Positions 14,101 through 27,000 of a stretch of DNA of 64,000 nucleotides are shown piece by piece. The notes beneath the pieces are model-generated. The model was not told the origin of the DNA. It worked only from the letters and a program-made list of their open reading frames with translations, and did not search any database. This DNA is from Chrysomallon squamiferum. Lineage: Eukaryota; Animalia; Mollusca. Positions within the stretch are counted from its first letter, which is position 1. Each line of letters begins with the position of its first letter. The DNA lies in contig CM022673.1 of assembly GCA_012295275.1 (NCBI GenBank), positions 21,328,001 to 21,392,000 of the forward strand, given 5' to 3'. The position numbers and the translations under genes were made by a program.

Positions 14101-17100
14101 ATCATAACAAATTCTTGGTTGGGTTACTAAACTGAATACATTTTTGTCATAATTTATTTGGAATTACTTTCTGAAAATATGTGATGAACTTCTTTTAAAA
14201 ATCATTTCTGATACAAGTCTTGGTCAGCAAATGGTAAATGTAAAACATACATTGAATATAATGTGTCTTTTTAGCAGTCAGAAGGTTAACAATTCTGATG
14301 CCAAATGAAAATTTTCATTTTATTTTCATGACAGTTGAATGAAATTAAAAATCACACTTTTTAGTTCAGGGTGAAAAATCTTTATCACTGGAAGTAAAAT
14401 AAAGTCATCGTAAACTAAATGTCCTCTTCTAGACTACACAGACCATGTTCTAACCTTAATGGAGTTTCTTGAACTGGGCGTTCTCTCCCACGGTTATTCG
14501 GTTCATATCTGTTGTATTGTCTTCGGTAACTACATGTAAGAAGTGGATTGGACAAAATCATACATCTTCCTCATTAATTAAACATACTAACTCCTGGAGA
14601 ATTTGTTTTTACAATAAAAATGTATGCATGAAGTTTTTGGTTTTGTTATTTTTTTTACTGATAATGTAAAACTACCATTATAAAAGATTTAAATGTGTAA
14701 TAATAAATGTGATTCAATTTTGAAACCACTAGACATAAAATGATACATGAATGAAGCATTATGAAAGAAAAGAAAAATTAGGTAGGGTAATCAGTTGATT
14801 TTAAATTTGAAAAATTATCATTCCAATTCTTAACTATGTAGGGGGAAAAAAGAGCTACTTTTCAGATAGCACAGAGAAATTTAAATTATTTAAATGTGTT
14901 CAGAGAAAGCCACCACCAAATAGTACAAGCAACCTGTTTCTAACCTGCCAGATGGAAACTCACCTTAGTGGTACCTCTTGGCGATTCATGCCTGCGTTGT
15001 TATTTATATTTGCTGCTCGATTGTTGTTGTTTGTTCTTCGAGTACGATTGTTACTAAGATCAACCTAATTGTAAGAAAATAAGTAAACGACTGGAAAACA
15101 TATCTTTTCTGATTATGATTTAACAAAAATTTTAAAAAATCTGGAAGTTAATTATTAAATCTTTTGTGGGCAGAATATGTAATTTAATATACATGTGGCT
15201 GTAACTCATGAAAAGTCTCAATTTCAGATGTTATGAAGCAATAGAAAGTTATAAGGGAAAAATTAAAAAATTAAGGGCATCATTTCAAACTATCAAAAGT
15301 ACTTACTTTTAGTAAGTTACCATTCAAATTGTACCCATGCAATTCAGCAACTGCCCTGAAATTGCAGCAGTCCAATATTAGTTATTTTCTGGAGAGACTT
15401 TAACTGTGACATTAAGTATAGGAATGTATGTGCTTTTGCTTTAACTTCACCATTTGCAAAATTAAAATATAAAATTAAAATATATATATATATATATATT
15501 TATATATAAGAATTATAACAAGATAAAATGCTCAAAAATATGTTCTTTCATTTGTCAAAATGAATTCTGGCAATTATTTTTGTTCTTCCAGTTTTAAACA
15601 GTGTTAGTAAAATTAAAAACCTACTGTTGTGCTTGTTCAGCAGTTTCAAAAGTCACATACACAACTCCTTCAGCACCAACTGAAAAGATAAAATACTTTT
15701 ACTTTGACATTCATTAATGAAATAACTATTATCAAATAATTGTTAAAACATATACCAATTTCATGTTGCCATAGCTGTGTGTTACTTTGTATAGTGTTAT
15801 GGTTGAAGACTTTATAACCAATGGTAAAAATAAAATAGATGGCAACATAATTCAGAACCAACTTTGTTCAGCAGAAGTAAGCAATAAAGAACATTTTACT
15901 AGGCTTTTGTTGTTTGCACACGGCTAACCTTTACAAATAGTATCTATATTATTAACATATTTAAAGCTTTCCAGAACAATTGATCATATTTAAGACAACT
16001 GCATTTCCAATATAGAAGTTACCTCTGTCATGTTCAGTGATTTTGCTGCCACTTAATTTTTAACAAGAAGCAAACCCTAATCCGTGTTATTAGTCACCTT
16101 CACAGTTATTTTATTTGATAATTAATCATTTTTTTTTATACTTTACGTTTTTCTTTATGGATTAATATCAGCTTCTCGGTTAAGAAAGTTCTGCTGTTAT
16201 CCAATGTCACATTTTCACAGACGTGCATGCCATTTCAATAAGCTGCCTGAATATATATATTTACTGAGATCAAGACACATATTATGCTGAAATCTAAGCA
16301 AGGACAGCATAGCACAGCACATTTGTAATTAAAAAAAATATATTAAAAGAAAGTGATGTCTATAAATCAAGCAGTTGCTGAAAAACCATCATAAATGAGG
16401 TGTGGAAGAATTCATAATTTACAACAAACCTTCTTCAAACTTCTGTGCATTTCCTAGAGTACTGCTTACTAGTTGTTCAATATCTTCACGTGTCACATTG
16501 GCTGGCAAGTTCTTTATCTGTATCTTGTTCGTCTTCCTGTTATTAATGAAATAAATAAAAAAAATTAATAAAAAAAAAATTAACATAATTCAGTTAACTG
16601 GACCATCTTTTATAAGACCAATTTCAGAAAAACGGAAGAAGAAAAAGAGGTGTACATTTACTAGCCAATACAGTTACTTAAAACAAATTCTTCTACATAT
16701 TATTATGGCTATTAACCATGCTTATTTATACTACCTAATTAAAAACAATTTATACACATTTAAAAATAGAATTCCTAAGAATTCTTTTAATCCTCAAGTT
16801 TAATTATGCCCTGTTAAGTTTTTGAACATTCAACATAGAATCCAAATTCTTTTCAAGAAATAGTCTTGAAATATAAAAACTTTCCTGATCTATGAATCTA
16901 ATTTGTAATTTCTAATCTGTGATGGCCAAGCTTTTATTAGGAATATGATAAATAACAATTCCAGTAGTCATTAAAAAGCACTGAAATGGCCATTACAAAT
17001 ATGAAACAAATCTGAACCAATGTAAATATTTTGCAGTTCAGGAAATTTCATATGAACGTTACAGTATGTGGTTACAAAATACAATTTGGAATTTCTCAAA

Positions 17101-18898
17101 CACAGTAAAAGCTAAAGATTTACATTATTCAAATTATTATTTTATCTGCTAGTAATATGTTGTTAAATACTCAACTTCGTTAATTTAGACTTTTCTGGAT
17201 TATGAAAAATTACAAATATAAAACATGCAGTAGCTTAAATTACATTTGTTAACAGCAGTTTCAAACCACTATATAAAGTAAAATGAAAATTTAAAAAATA
17301 ATATAACAAAATACACCCAAATACCAAATATGAGAAATTTAATGGAACACACTTCATATTTAGATTGACACAAAAGCCATTGAAAGAACTGATGCTCAAC
17401 AAACAAAACTGTCCATTATTATCTAAAGGGCGTTCTACATACCTTCGTCTTGACATTGACGGTTCTACTTGCATTACAAAACCTAGTAGGTTGTACCCTG
17501 GAAGAAACCAAAGAGACAATATACTACTATTACTAAAGGGTAACTACTGGGAAGATCTGACCAAAAAAAAATGCTACAAACTACGTTTAGCTGCAAGCAG
17601 GATTCTTAAAACAATTAACTTTACAGTAAATAAAATAAATAAAAATCAAATGATTTATAGTACAAACAGAGGTGATTTTTTTAAAATTATTTTTATATTT
17701 CTACCTGTTATGCGTATGTTTATGGTAACTATTTTGTTATTTCATTTTTCTCATTTAGAAAGAATATTATAAGACATCAATGTTTTATTTTAGGCTTCAT
17801 GAGTTGCAGTATTTTGAAATCACTAATGTTAACTTGTAAATCATTTATACAGAATAGGGCTTACAATGTACTACATATCCTGACATCAATAATACCAATT
17901 CACAACAAAATGACAAACAGCAACATTTTAAAGTTTTCATGGCACCAACTCAGTCTTGATTCTATTATTTGAACAAAGGGAAATACTTTCTGATTATGAA
18001 AACAAATTATTTTTGTATACAGGCTGGAGGGAATGGGAATTTTAACTTCAAAAACAAGACATTTGAATTATAATTATCACCTGCATCTTTAATGTGGAAG
18101 AATGTAATGAAAATGTGCACATAAAAGGTTCAGCATAATGTAATAAAATATTGTGGACAAATACTTCAATATTTTTAACAATTACCAACTGCAGCTAAAT
18201 TACTAAGTATATGAATGTTGACAGCAGTTGTTTTAAATGCATGGAAAGCTACCATTAAAAGATGACATACGTAATATAAACATTAAAACATAAAAATAAC
18301 AGCTATTTCGATTATAGTCACAGACCCTCATAGCTTTGTGTTGTTGTTACATCATCACTTAACTCCTCGTGTTTTCTGCAGGCTGAGCAATACCGCGAAT
18401 GCGTGCAACCAGGCTTATCTTTCGCCACTTCTATTGAATCTCGCTAAACAAACATCGGTATGCAATAGTTAGTGGCGGTATTCACGAATATGCATAACTA
18501 CGGAATGCAGGGACAGCGTGATACTGTTAACTATAAACTAAAGTAATGATATTATTTGCAACCAACAGTTTCAATGTAACTTACATTCATAGTCCGGCCA
18601 TTTTGGATCAATGGAGGCGTGCGTTCATTCACACTGGTGCCCGGTGGTTAAAAAAAAGGAAAAAATGTGGTGCATTCCAGAAATGCATTGATGTGGAAAA
18701 AAATTATTTCCGTGCAAACTCACCGTTTAACTTGTCAACTGCCTTGTCAACAGTAGCCTGATCTTCACAGTCCGCAAATGCAAAGCTTCTTTTCAACAAT
18801 ATGTTGCTGACCGGTACAACTCCCTGCTCTTCGAACAGGCCACGCAGCGTTTCTTCTGTTACGTCACTTGACAAGTTTCCTAAATATATTCTGAACAT
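8129..18898 (-). CDS. IGF2BP: Insulin-like growth factor 2 mRNA-binding protein (IGF2BP/IMP/VICKZ family), complete, ~582 aa
   Basis: 16 phase-compatible GT-AG exons: 18724-18898, 17443-17497, 16430-16536, 15625-15679, 15307-15355, 14964-15064, 12936-13022, 12574-12613, 12058-12152, 11497-11613, 10714-10876, 10342-10434, 9994-10167, 9386-9496, 8694-8819, 8129-8329 (1749 nt). RRM1 (MFRIYLGNL..SFAFADC), RRM2 (IQIKNLP..VYVTF), and four KH domains with intact GxxG loops (GKQG, GKKG, GSKG, GKGG); C-terminal IIGHFYAIQSAQRRIR. Confidence 0.95.
11599..11652. repeat. 27-bp tandem duplication spanning the IGF2BP KH2 exon acceptor
   Basis: ttgagtgcacactcactgaaaaagtaa / ttgagtgcacaatcactgaaaaagtaa (1 mismatch). 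Confidence 0.9.
13562..13897. mobile_element. Tc1/mariner(pogo/Tigger)-type MITE in IGF2BP intron
   Basis: TA|CAGTGGTACCT ... AGGTACTACTG|TA: 11-bp TIRs (10/11 match), CAGT termini, TA target-site duplication, 336 bp, non-coding. Confidence 0.7.
14455..14561 (-). CDS. Candidate alternative IGF2BP exon (cassette 14455-14529 or alternative first coding exon from ATG 14561)
   Basis: Reads (MILSNPLLTCS)YRRQYNRYEPNNRGRERPVQETPL-R and ends ag|gttaga in the same phase and with the same PLR motif as exon 14964-15064 (..QEVPL-R), i.e. the start of KH1. Confidence 0.6.
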
Positions 18899-19299
18899 AG
18901 CTGGCCAATCTACAAATCGAATTATACTTCATTAATAATCATAAAATGGTTAAGTATTTTTGGAAAAAATAACATTGGCATAACAAATGAGTACTATATT
19001 ACATACGAGTTTCCAAGATGGTTGTACTCAGAACACCGGCATGGCGTAGTAATATATACAAATGAGTTAGACTTGTAAAGTTTTAGGTGATGCTGGTTTA
19101 TTCATCTGTTTGCGAATATAATTTTTAGTTTATTATTATGGAATATATATTTCAGTTCTCATACGTGTATTTATTAGAAAACATATTTTTTATAAGCACA
19201 ATTCAGGGTAAAAGTGTTAATATCTGGATTCACTTAATTTACGTAACCTTTAATACCCATCAAGAAAGGTAGACTCGCCCAAATACTTCTTCCAGTCTC

Positions 19300-19307
19300 C
19301 CACGTGG
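19300..19307. promoter_or_regulatory. Canonical E-box CCACGTGG upstream of IGF2BP
   Basis: Palindromic CACGTG in a CpG-containing island ~400 bp upstream of the ATG; YY1-like CAAGATGG/CATGGCG at ~19014-19046. Confidence 0.3.
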
Positions 19308-21844
19308 TTCTCGGTGTATGTCGTTAGGAAACCCAGGGAGGCTGTGTGCAGACGTGTAACATTGTAATTAATGTTCAATACATGTTGTTAATTAAATATA
19401 ATAAATCAATAAATATATTTTTAAATAAAATTATAATAAAATTGTTCACGTATAAGAAAGATGCTGAATTATTATTATTATTATTATTATCAAAAGTAAA
19501 ACCTTGTAATTTAAAAAAGAAAAGATCTTAATTCGCAGTAGCATCAAATGCTAAGTCCATGTTTTACCAATGATTAAAGTTAAGTGTTATAATTTATTTT
19601 ACATTTTATATATAATTCAAATAGACCTATAAATGCAAATTCAAACGAAGTTTCTCAAAATTTGGTACACCAGTAGTAGTACAGTTTAACCTTTTATTTT
19701 ATTTACTGTTTTTATTTATCTATACCCAGAATTCGATTCATTTCTTTCTTTCGTAGATTACCCTATTCCGTATTTTTTTATCAGCATATTTTATGGTTGT
19801 GATAATTTAGGAAAACTAGGTATTTGTAATAAATAAAGCATTATAAATGTACTTACATTTCTATATCTTAATTATTTTCTGAAAGAGATATTACCCACAC
19901 CATATAGTATTAAAGTTTGAAAAAAAGCATCAACTTAAATTTGCATTAAACAAATATTACATTTATAAATGAAAATAAACTAATATTATAATCCACAACA
20001 GAGGTCCAGTTATTTATTTTTGAACTTTACTTAAAATAAAGGTAAAGTTTTGTATTATGTTTTGATTTTATATGGTATTTATATATGTAAATAACTGTTT
20101 TATTGGTATCTACTGGGGTTAGACTTTTATTATTTGTGAAGTACTAGCCAGATATATGTGCGAATGACATAGTATCGATTCCATCAGTTTGTCCAACAGG
20201 TCTTTCTCATTCCAGCTAAACCTACAGAGTTTGATAAATTATAAAGGATGTTTGGATAGAAAGAAGAAATATTGTATTTAACACTTTTTAAATATGTGGT
20301 GTCATACAATAACTGTATGTTAAATGACCTCCCAGATAAATAGGGAGTCTTATTCAGTTAGTTATGGGAAAATATATATAACATATAATATAAGCAGCAA
20401 AACATATATCACAGCTTTTGATAAAACACAAATTAACTGTATCATGAACTAATCCTGTGAATTCCTTGATTCCTTCAAAACAGCACTCTGAACCAAAACT
20501 ACAACCCATTCGTATTTTGATAGTCACAACTGACTGATGAGATAAAACATTCTATGAATTTATCTGTAGTATACATGCAGTTGTGTAAACAGTAACCTTT
20601 TACTTATATTCTGATAGCCTAATTCACCTGACATATCCAACAGACTATAAAGAAATAATTGATTAAGTACAAAAAGTGTGAACATAAATTTAAAAAATAA
20701 CTGTCATATTATGTTTTATGCTGAACATGAATACATATATACATACAGAAACATTTCCTGAAATAATTAGAAACACAAACAAAAAACAAAAAACACGCAC
20801 AACCCAAATAATTATTTCTGTCCATAAAAACAATAATAGTAGTAATTGTCTCAAATTACTTGATTTATTCAAGCACAGAAACTCTCCTTTTTGTTATAAA
20901 CTTGACAGTCTTTTTGTTCCCATTAAAAATCAAATAACTTATTTCATAAAATGTTTGCAAATTTTGTTCTTCAACACAGATATTGTTATATAGCACTGTT
21001 TATTTTGATCAACTGTCCTACAAGCAAATTAAGCCACTGCTTAAGTTTTTTCCCCACAGATCTGTGTCGTTCACTGTTGTATGATTCACTGTTCTAAGAA
21101 TCGGTGATTTCAATGATTAACTTATTTATCTTACAAAAGGAAAGAGAATGATCAACATTTCAGACTATTAAAGAAACATTTGTAGTCAAGTTGCTGATGT
21201 TTCCACCAATCAGTCTTTTTAAGTATTCATTTTGCTTTCACAACAAAATGCTTTCTAGACTGCATAATATACTTGTTTTAAATTGAATAATTCTACAATA
21301 ATTTAACAATAATTCATTTATTAACAAAACCACACACGTATTTAGTTTGTAACATGAAAAATAAATGATTTATTTAGAAGAAAAACAAAATAACAATAAA
21401 CCATCAAAAAATAAAAAATAAGAATCCACAATTTAAAAAAAACAACAAAAATAACATTAACCATATAACTCTTCTTTCAGCTTTAATTTTATAATAATTA
21501 TTATTTCAACAAATTTTATAGAAAAATTATTAATCTTAAAAACAATTTGTAAATGTTGTTAAGGTTCTGCTAATAATCAGTTTTTAAAAAGTGAAAAAGT
21601 TGATATATAAACTGAATGTAATAAGTGTTATCTTTTCACAGACTTTAATTGTTTTCACTTTATGTACGTATTTTAAACAAAGTGAATTTTGCTGCTTAGC
21701 ATCAAGGTAAAAGTATATTTTAGTTCTTCTGCAGTGTCTATATTGAAATACCATTGTTAAAATGAACAATGTTTAATCTTATAGCTGCCAAAATTCAAAT
21801 ATACTGTTACGTTTTCAGTGGTAATTTTTAAAGTGAATCCTTTG

Positions 21845-22090
21845 TGCTCATTACAGTGAGATCGTATTTCATTACTTTCAACATTAATGTATTTCATTAC
21901 AGTGGGTCAACATTTTGTTACTCACTCTCAAAACACATTCATATTCCATTATTCATTCTCACAGTCCATAGTCCATTACTCACTTTCACAGTAAGTCTAT
22001 ATTTCATTACTCTCACAGCAATTCAACATTTCATAACAATCACAAACAATTCATATTTTTATTATTCACTCACAATTTTAGTGGGTCAAT
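21845..22090. repeat. Degenerate minisatellite (tcattact(c)tcacagt-like units)
   Basis: Recurrent cattac / ctcacag / tatttcatt motifs at ~25-35 bp spacing; explains the spurious 137-aa ORF 21844-22257. Confidence 0.5.
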
Positions 22091-23490
22091 TTGTTTTTAC
22101 TGTTAAATTATTCATGTTTGCACATAGTAAGAAAAACACATTAAAATTCAAATCACAGTTTAAAATAGTCAGCTTAGTTAACAATTTTAGGCACTTAAGG
22201 AGCATGTATGCTGCACAACTTATTACACATAATAGACATTACAATAATACATCCTAAGTGTCAATAATAAATGAACTGAAAAATAATATGAAACACATAT
22301 TTCACTCAACTAAATCATAGATATTCCACTAAACAATGTTTTTCATGTGAACAATGTTACATCTAATAAATTTCTGAAATATTTCTTAAAATAAAATAAA
22401 TAATCACTAGTATTATCTCCCCTTGAGCAGTTTGGCACTGACAGAGAAATGAAATGTTTTGAAACTTTTCAGCCAATTAAATATTTTATATTCATTTAGC
22501 CAAGAGTTACAATAAAATGACAGATTTATTTACTCAAAATATGTTAATAGTGAAAATTTTTACTTGCTAAGTTTAACTATGCTCTATCTGAAAAATATGA
22601 AAATAATTTAACAAAAATATATATTTTATGGAAATTACAAATTTTGAGAAAATCAATATTCATAGTTCCAAATATTTATTATCATAAAATTTTATTTTAA
22701 AAATAATTTCAGTCAAACTGGATTTGTTAAATAGACAATGTGTTTAAAAGAGTATATTTTTCAGACAGCTATATTTTTGACTTCAGTGTGAATATTTTTG
22801 ACAATTTACAACTAATAGTCTAAAATGACCATTTAACATCCACAGAACTGTTTAGGAATCAGACAATAAAATCATTAAATAATTCATCATATTTTATTTT
22901 TATAATATTATCCAGCAATAAACAATTGTGTATGAAATAAACGGTTTTGAAAAAACACAACAAATAAAATGGAAACAGCAAAGATATTTGATTTGGAATG
23001 AATACTGATCAAAGCAAGATTAAATTATTTCTTATTTTCAGGAATGCCAAAGGAATTTTCAAATCTTATTGTTATTAGATTTATATATAAAAAAGTTTAA
23101 AATATTTTTTTTTTTTTCAGTTACATATTCAGTATATTTAAATAAAACAGAAACAAATGTTTAAAAAAAATAATTAATTAATGAATTAAAATTATGCATT
23201 CTAACTAAAGGCTTATCATCTAACCTTAAATTAAAATTAAAATAATATATTCAAAAATGTTTTAAGTAGTGGCAATTTCCAAATCAGAACCTATCTGAAA
23301 ACAATGACCATTAATATACTAACAAACTCTGTAATCATAAATTCACATTTCCAGTCTGGTAAAAGAAGTGATGAAGCAAACTGAGTGTGATTATTACACA
23401 CCACATACTGCTCTCAAGTGTCATTACAGTGGATTTTTCAGATACATTTAAAACAAACAACAACAGTCAAGTATCTGCATCCACAAGATG

Positions 23491-23961
23491 TCAAGTAAAA
23501 TTGGCAACTCTGATTTTTAAAGGTACTTCTGGTTTTTGTTTTCTCGATCCATTCCCATCAGAAAACATTTGCCTTTCTTCTCTCCTGATGACACAAATAA
23601 TAAAAATAAAAATATAAATGATTAAAAAATAATAATAAAAAAAGAAATAAATAAACAAACCTGATACATTTCATTCAGTAGTACATTTACCTCAATGTTC
23701 CTTAGGTCTATTTCTCATTCCAGCATTGTGGTATAACTAACTGTTTTATCATATATATGTGAACAGTAATCCTCTTTATAATATATCATCTTTAACTATA
23801 TAATCTGTTATTTCAGTTGTACCAGTTTGAAAATGTGTCAAATGCACTGTCAAATAAAACCTTTCTTCCTTTCTTTAATAAAATATTTAGAACAAGGTAA
23901 ATGATTGTACAGTAGAATGAACAGAGTTTATTTTATATGTTAATTACAGTAAACTGTATAT

Positions 23962-24007
<46 letters not shown>

Positions 24008-27000
24008 CTACACATGCACAGAGTATAATAATAATCATAATAATAATAATCTTATAATAATATATAAATATCACTGAAGCACAGTGATGCTACAAGTTAT
24101 TAAATATATTTTTACATTTTTCGTTTCTCCTCAGCTTCTCTCTGAATTTCTTCTTGTCCAGCATCATCTTCTGCTGTTGCAAAATCATCTTCTGTATCAT
24201 CACAAATGTAATCAATGTGCTGAAAAATGAAAAGAGAAAAGGAAAGAATAAATATAGCAACTACAAAGAGAAAAGGAAAGAATAAATATAGCAACTACAA
24301 AGATAAAATTAAAAATAAATAAAATCCCTCAAAAACAAAACTCAGTAACTTCAAAGGATTGCTCATGTTTCTGTTGCTGCAATGTCTCAGATGGCCTCTT
24401 GCATAAATCACCCAATAATGCTGTAGTAACAGTAAGATTTGGCAATACATGGCTACTCATCAACAACCAAAACATTTACAAACACTGACTTGAATACACA
24501 GATACCGAAACTCAGACATACAATGTTTTATTTGAATGAACTACTGCACCTTTACACCTATGACATCACCATCTGATATGTGATATGGAGAGTGTTTAAG
24601 ACATGGCTGTTTTGACATCCGACATTTCCTTTTGCCTTTCTGATTATCAGGCTTTGGCTGGAAGTAAACAGCAAAATAAATATCACAGTAAAACACTGTT
24701 TACAATTTAAAATCTTATTTATAGCAATAAAATAACCCTATAAATATAACAAGGATAAATTTATTATATTTTGATAAAATTTCATTGGTTGTGAAGCTGT
24801 AAAATATTTATGCCAATATACTAGATTTTAGTAGAATGAATGTATTTGATAAAATATGTGTAGTTAAAAAGTTTGAATTGTAATTTTTTACTTTTATTTT
24901 TAATATTTAACTGAAAATATTTGGAGTATAATATTTTAAACATTTTAAAACATCTGATAAAGTCAGTTAAAAATGAAAACAAAAATGTTTACCTGTGATA
25001 TTTCTTTGATGGGGAGCCACATACATTTCTGAGGGAAGTGTTTGGCAATCAAAATGCTTTCAGGCTGCAAAGAAGATTTGTTATTTAAGGCAGATATTTC
25101 AAATAATCTGCATTAAAAAAATATTCCCCTAGTTATTCGAAAGATATTATGACTTTAGTATATTCCTCTTTTTCTCACTAAATACATACAAATGCATGCA
25201 AAACATATGCATGTTCAAATATGCATTTGTGAAAAGTCCAAACTGTAACCAATTATGTCATGACTTTATCTTACTTGTGATAAACAATGAATATATGTTA
25301 AAATCAATAAAGAAAAAAACAAAAACAAAAATTAATAAAGAAAAGAATAATAATAATGCCTCAGATGGCCCCATGCATAAATCACCACAAGTTGCTATGA
25401 CAACTGTAAGGTTGTGACACCACATGTGCACACATGATAGCATGGCTATTCATCACTGACAAAGCTGAAGTATTACATTTTAACATATCCAAATCTTTCC
25501 CTCCTCATACTTTTATACTTAAAATACTGCATCTTCTCATATAAGGATATCCATAAAAAATAGGCAACCATAAATAAAAAAAAGAATTCACATGAAATAG
25601 ACTCCAGTGGAGTAGATAATATAATTATTTGTATTTTGTAACTAAACATAAAAGATTTAAGTTCATACCTTAACCATTAGCATGTCTGCAATGCTCTGCC
25701 TAAGACTTCGTGCATCAGCACCATGAGATGTGTTCCACACGAGTTCTTTTTCAGGACCATAGACTCTGGAGTGTGGATTCCTTTCTTTTATGGCAAGGAT
25801 CATTTCATGCTGGCTGAAACACATTATTAAAATAAAAACTGTACTGTAGAACAGTTTTGTCTAAGCTGAAATACATCAAAATGTTTACTGAAATAAAATA
25901 TGTACTGCCTGTTATAATTTATCTAAGCTGAAATACATGAACATGTTTGCTGAAATGAAAACTATACTGCTTGTATATTTTATCTAAGCTGATTTACACA
26001 AATATGTTTAGCTTTATACTAACATACAGTATTAAAAATGTCTCAGATGGCCCCATGCATAAATCACCACAAGCTGCTATGGCAACAGTAAGGTTGTGAC
26101 ACCACATGTGCACATATGATAGCATGGCTATTCATCACTGACATAAAACTGTTAATACCAGAGGCAGACAGGCTCCACACTAACAGAAAAACATTTTATA
26201 CTCTGACAGGCATTTAGGTTTAAAGTTTTATCATACAAAAATAATTCATATAAAAATGTAATATGAATCTTTCATTGTGAATTATTTTCCAAGAAAGGTT
26301 TGGCACTAGATGTTAAACAGCGATATGGATATGCACATGAAGATTTTCTAAATACATAAATAATGTTATTCCTGATATTTTACTTGCAGTGTAAAAATAC
26401 ATTTGTCACATGTAGAAAAGAAAGATAAATACAACACAGAGAATTTTGGTTACTGGTAGGAACAAATACCTGAGTTGTTCCTCAAAAGTCAACACCTGAA
26501 CAGCTATTTGACTGCTAGACGTCACTTTTTGTCTTCTGCAGAATAGAATATTAAAATCTAATTAACTTAAAATTATTGTCAAAATATGGATTTAATCCAA
26601 ATAGTTTTGTGAATAAAATAAATCTGATAACCATTTAAAAAATAAATTTCATTTAAAAAATTAAAAATTAATATCAGTATAGTGAAGATATTGATGAAGG
26701 TTATTTTAAAGATTTTTCATTTTAATCCACAGCACAAATACAAAATCAAAATACAGATTACATTATCTTCTTGCAACTATACACTGAACAGCAATACTTT
26801 AAAACTTTAAAGGACCAATTACAAAATTACAGTAACAAAAATGAACCTAATTGACTGGTTCAGCACTCTGAGCACAGCTGATAACTGATTGTTGTTGACA
26901 AGTCTAACCCGTAAGAAGTCTGGTGTTGGAATGTGAAGGTCTGACACTTGTGGCAATAACAGGATCTGACTTTTCAAATCTTTCAAGGTTGCTTCTTTTG

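Noticed and set aside
17365-17772. 135-aa plus-strand ORF
   Set aside because: Antisense to IGF2BP exon 2, AT-biased composition, no recognizable domain.
21844-22257. 137-aa plus-strand ORF
   Set aside because: Product of a degenerate minisatellite in the likely USP40 3' region.
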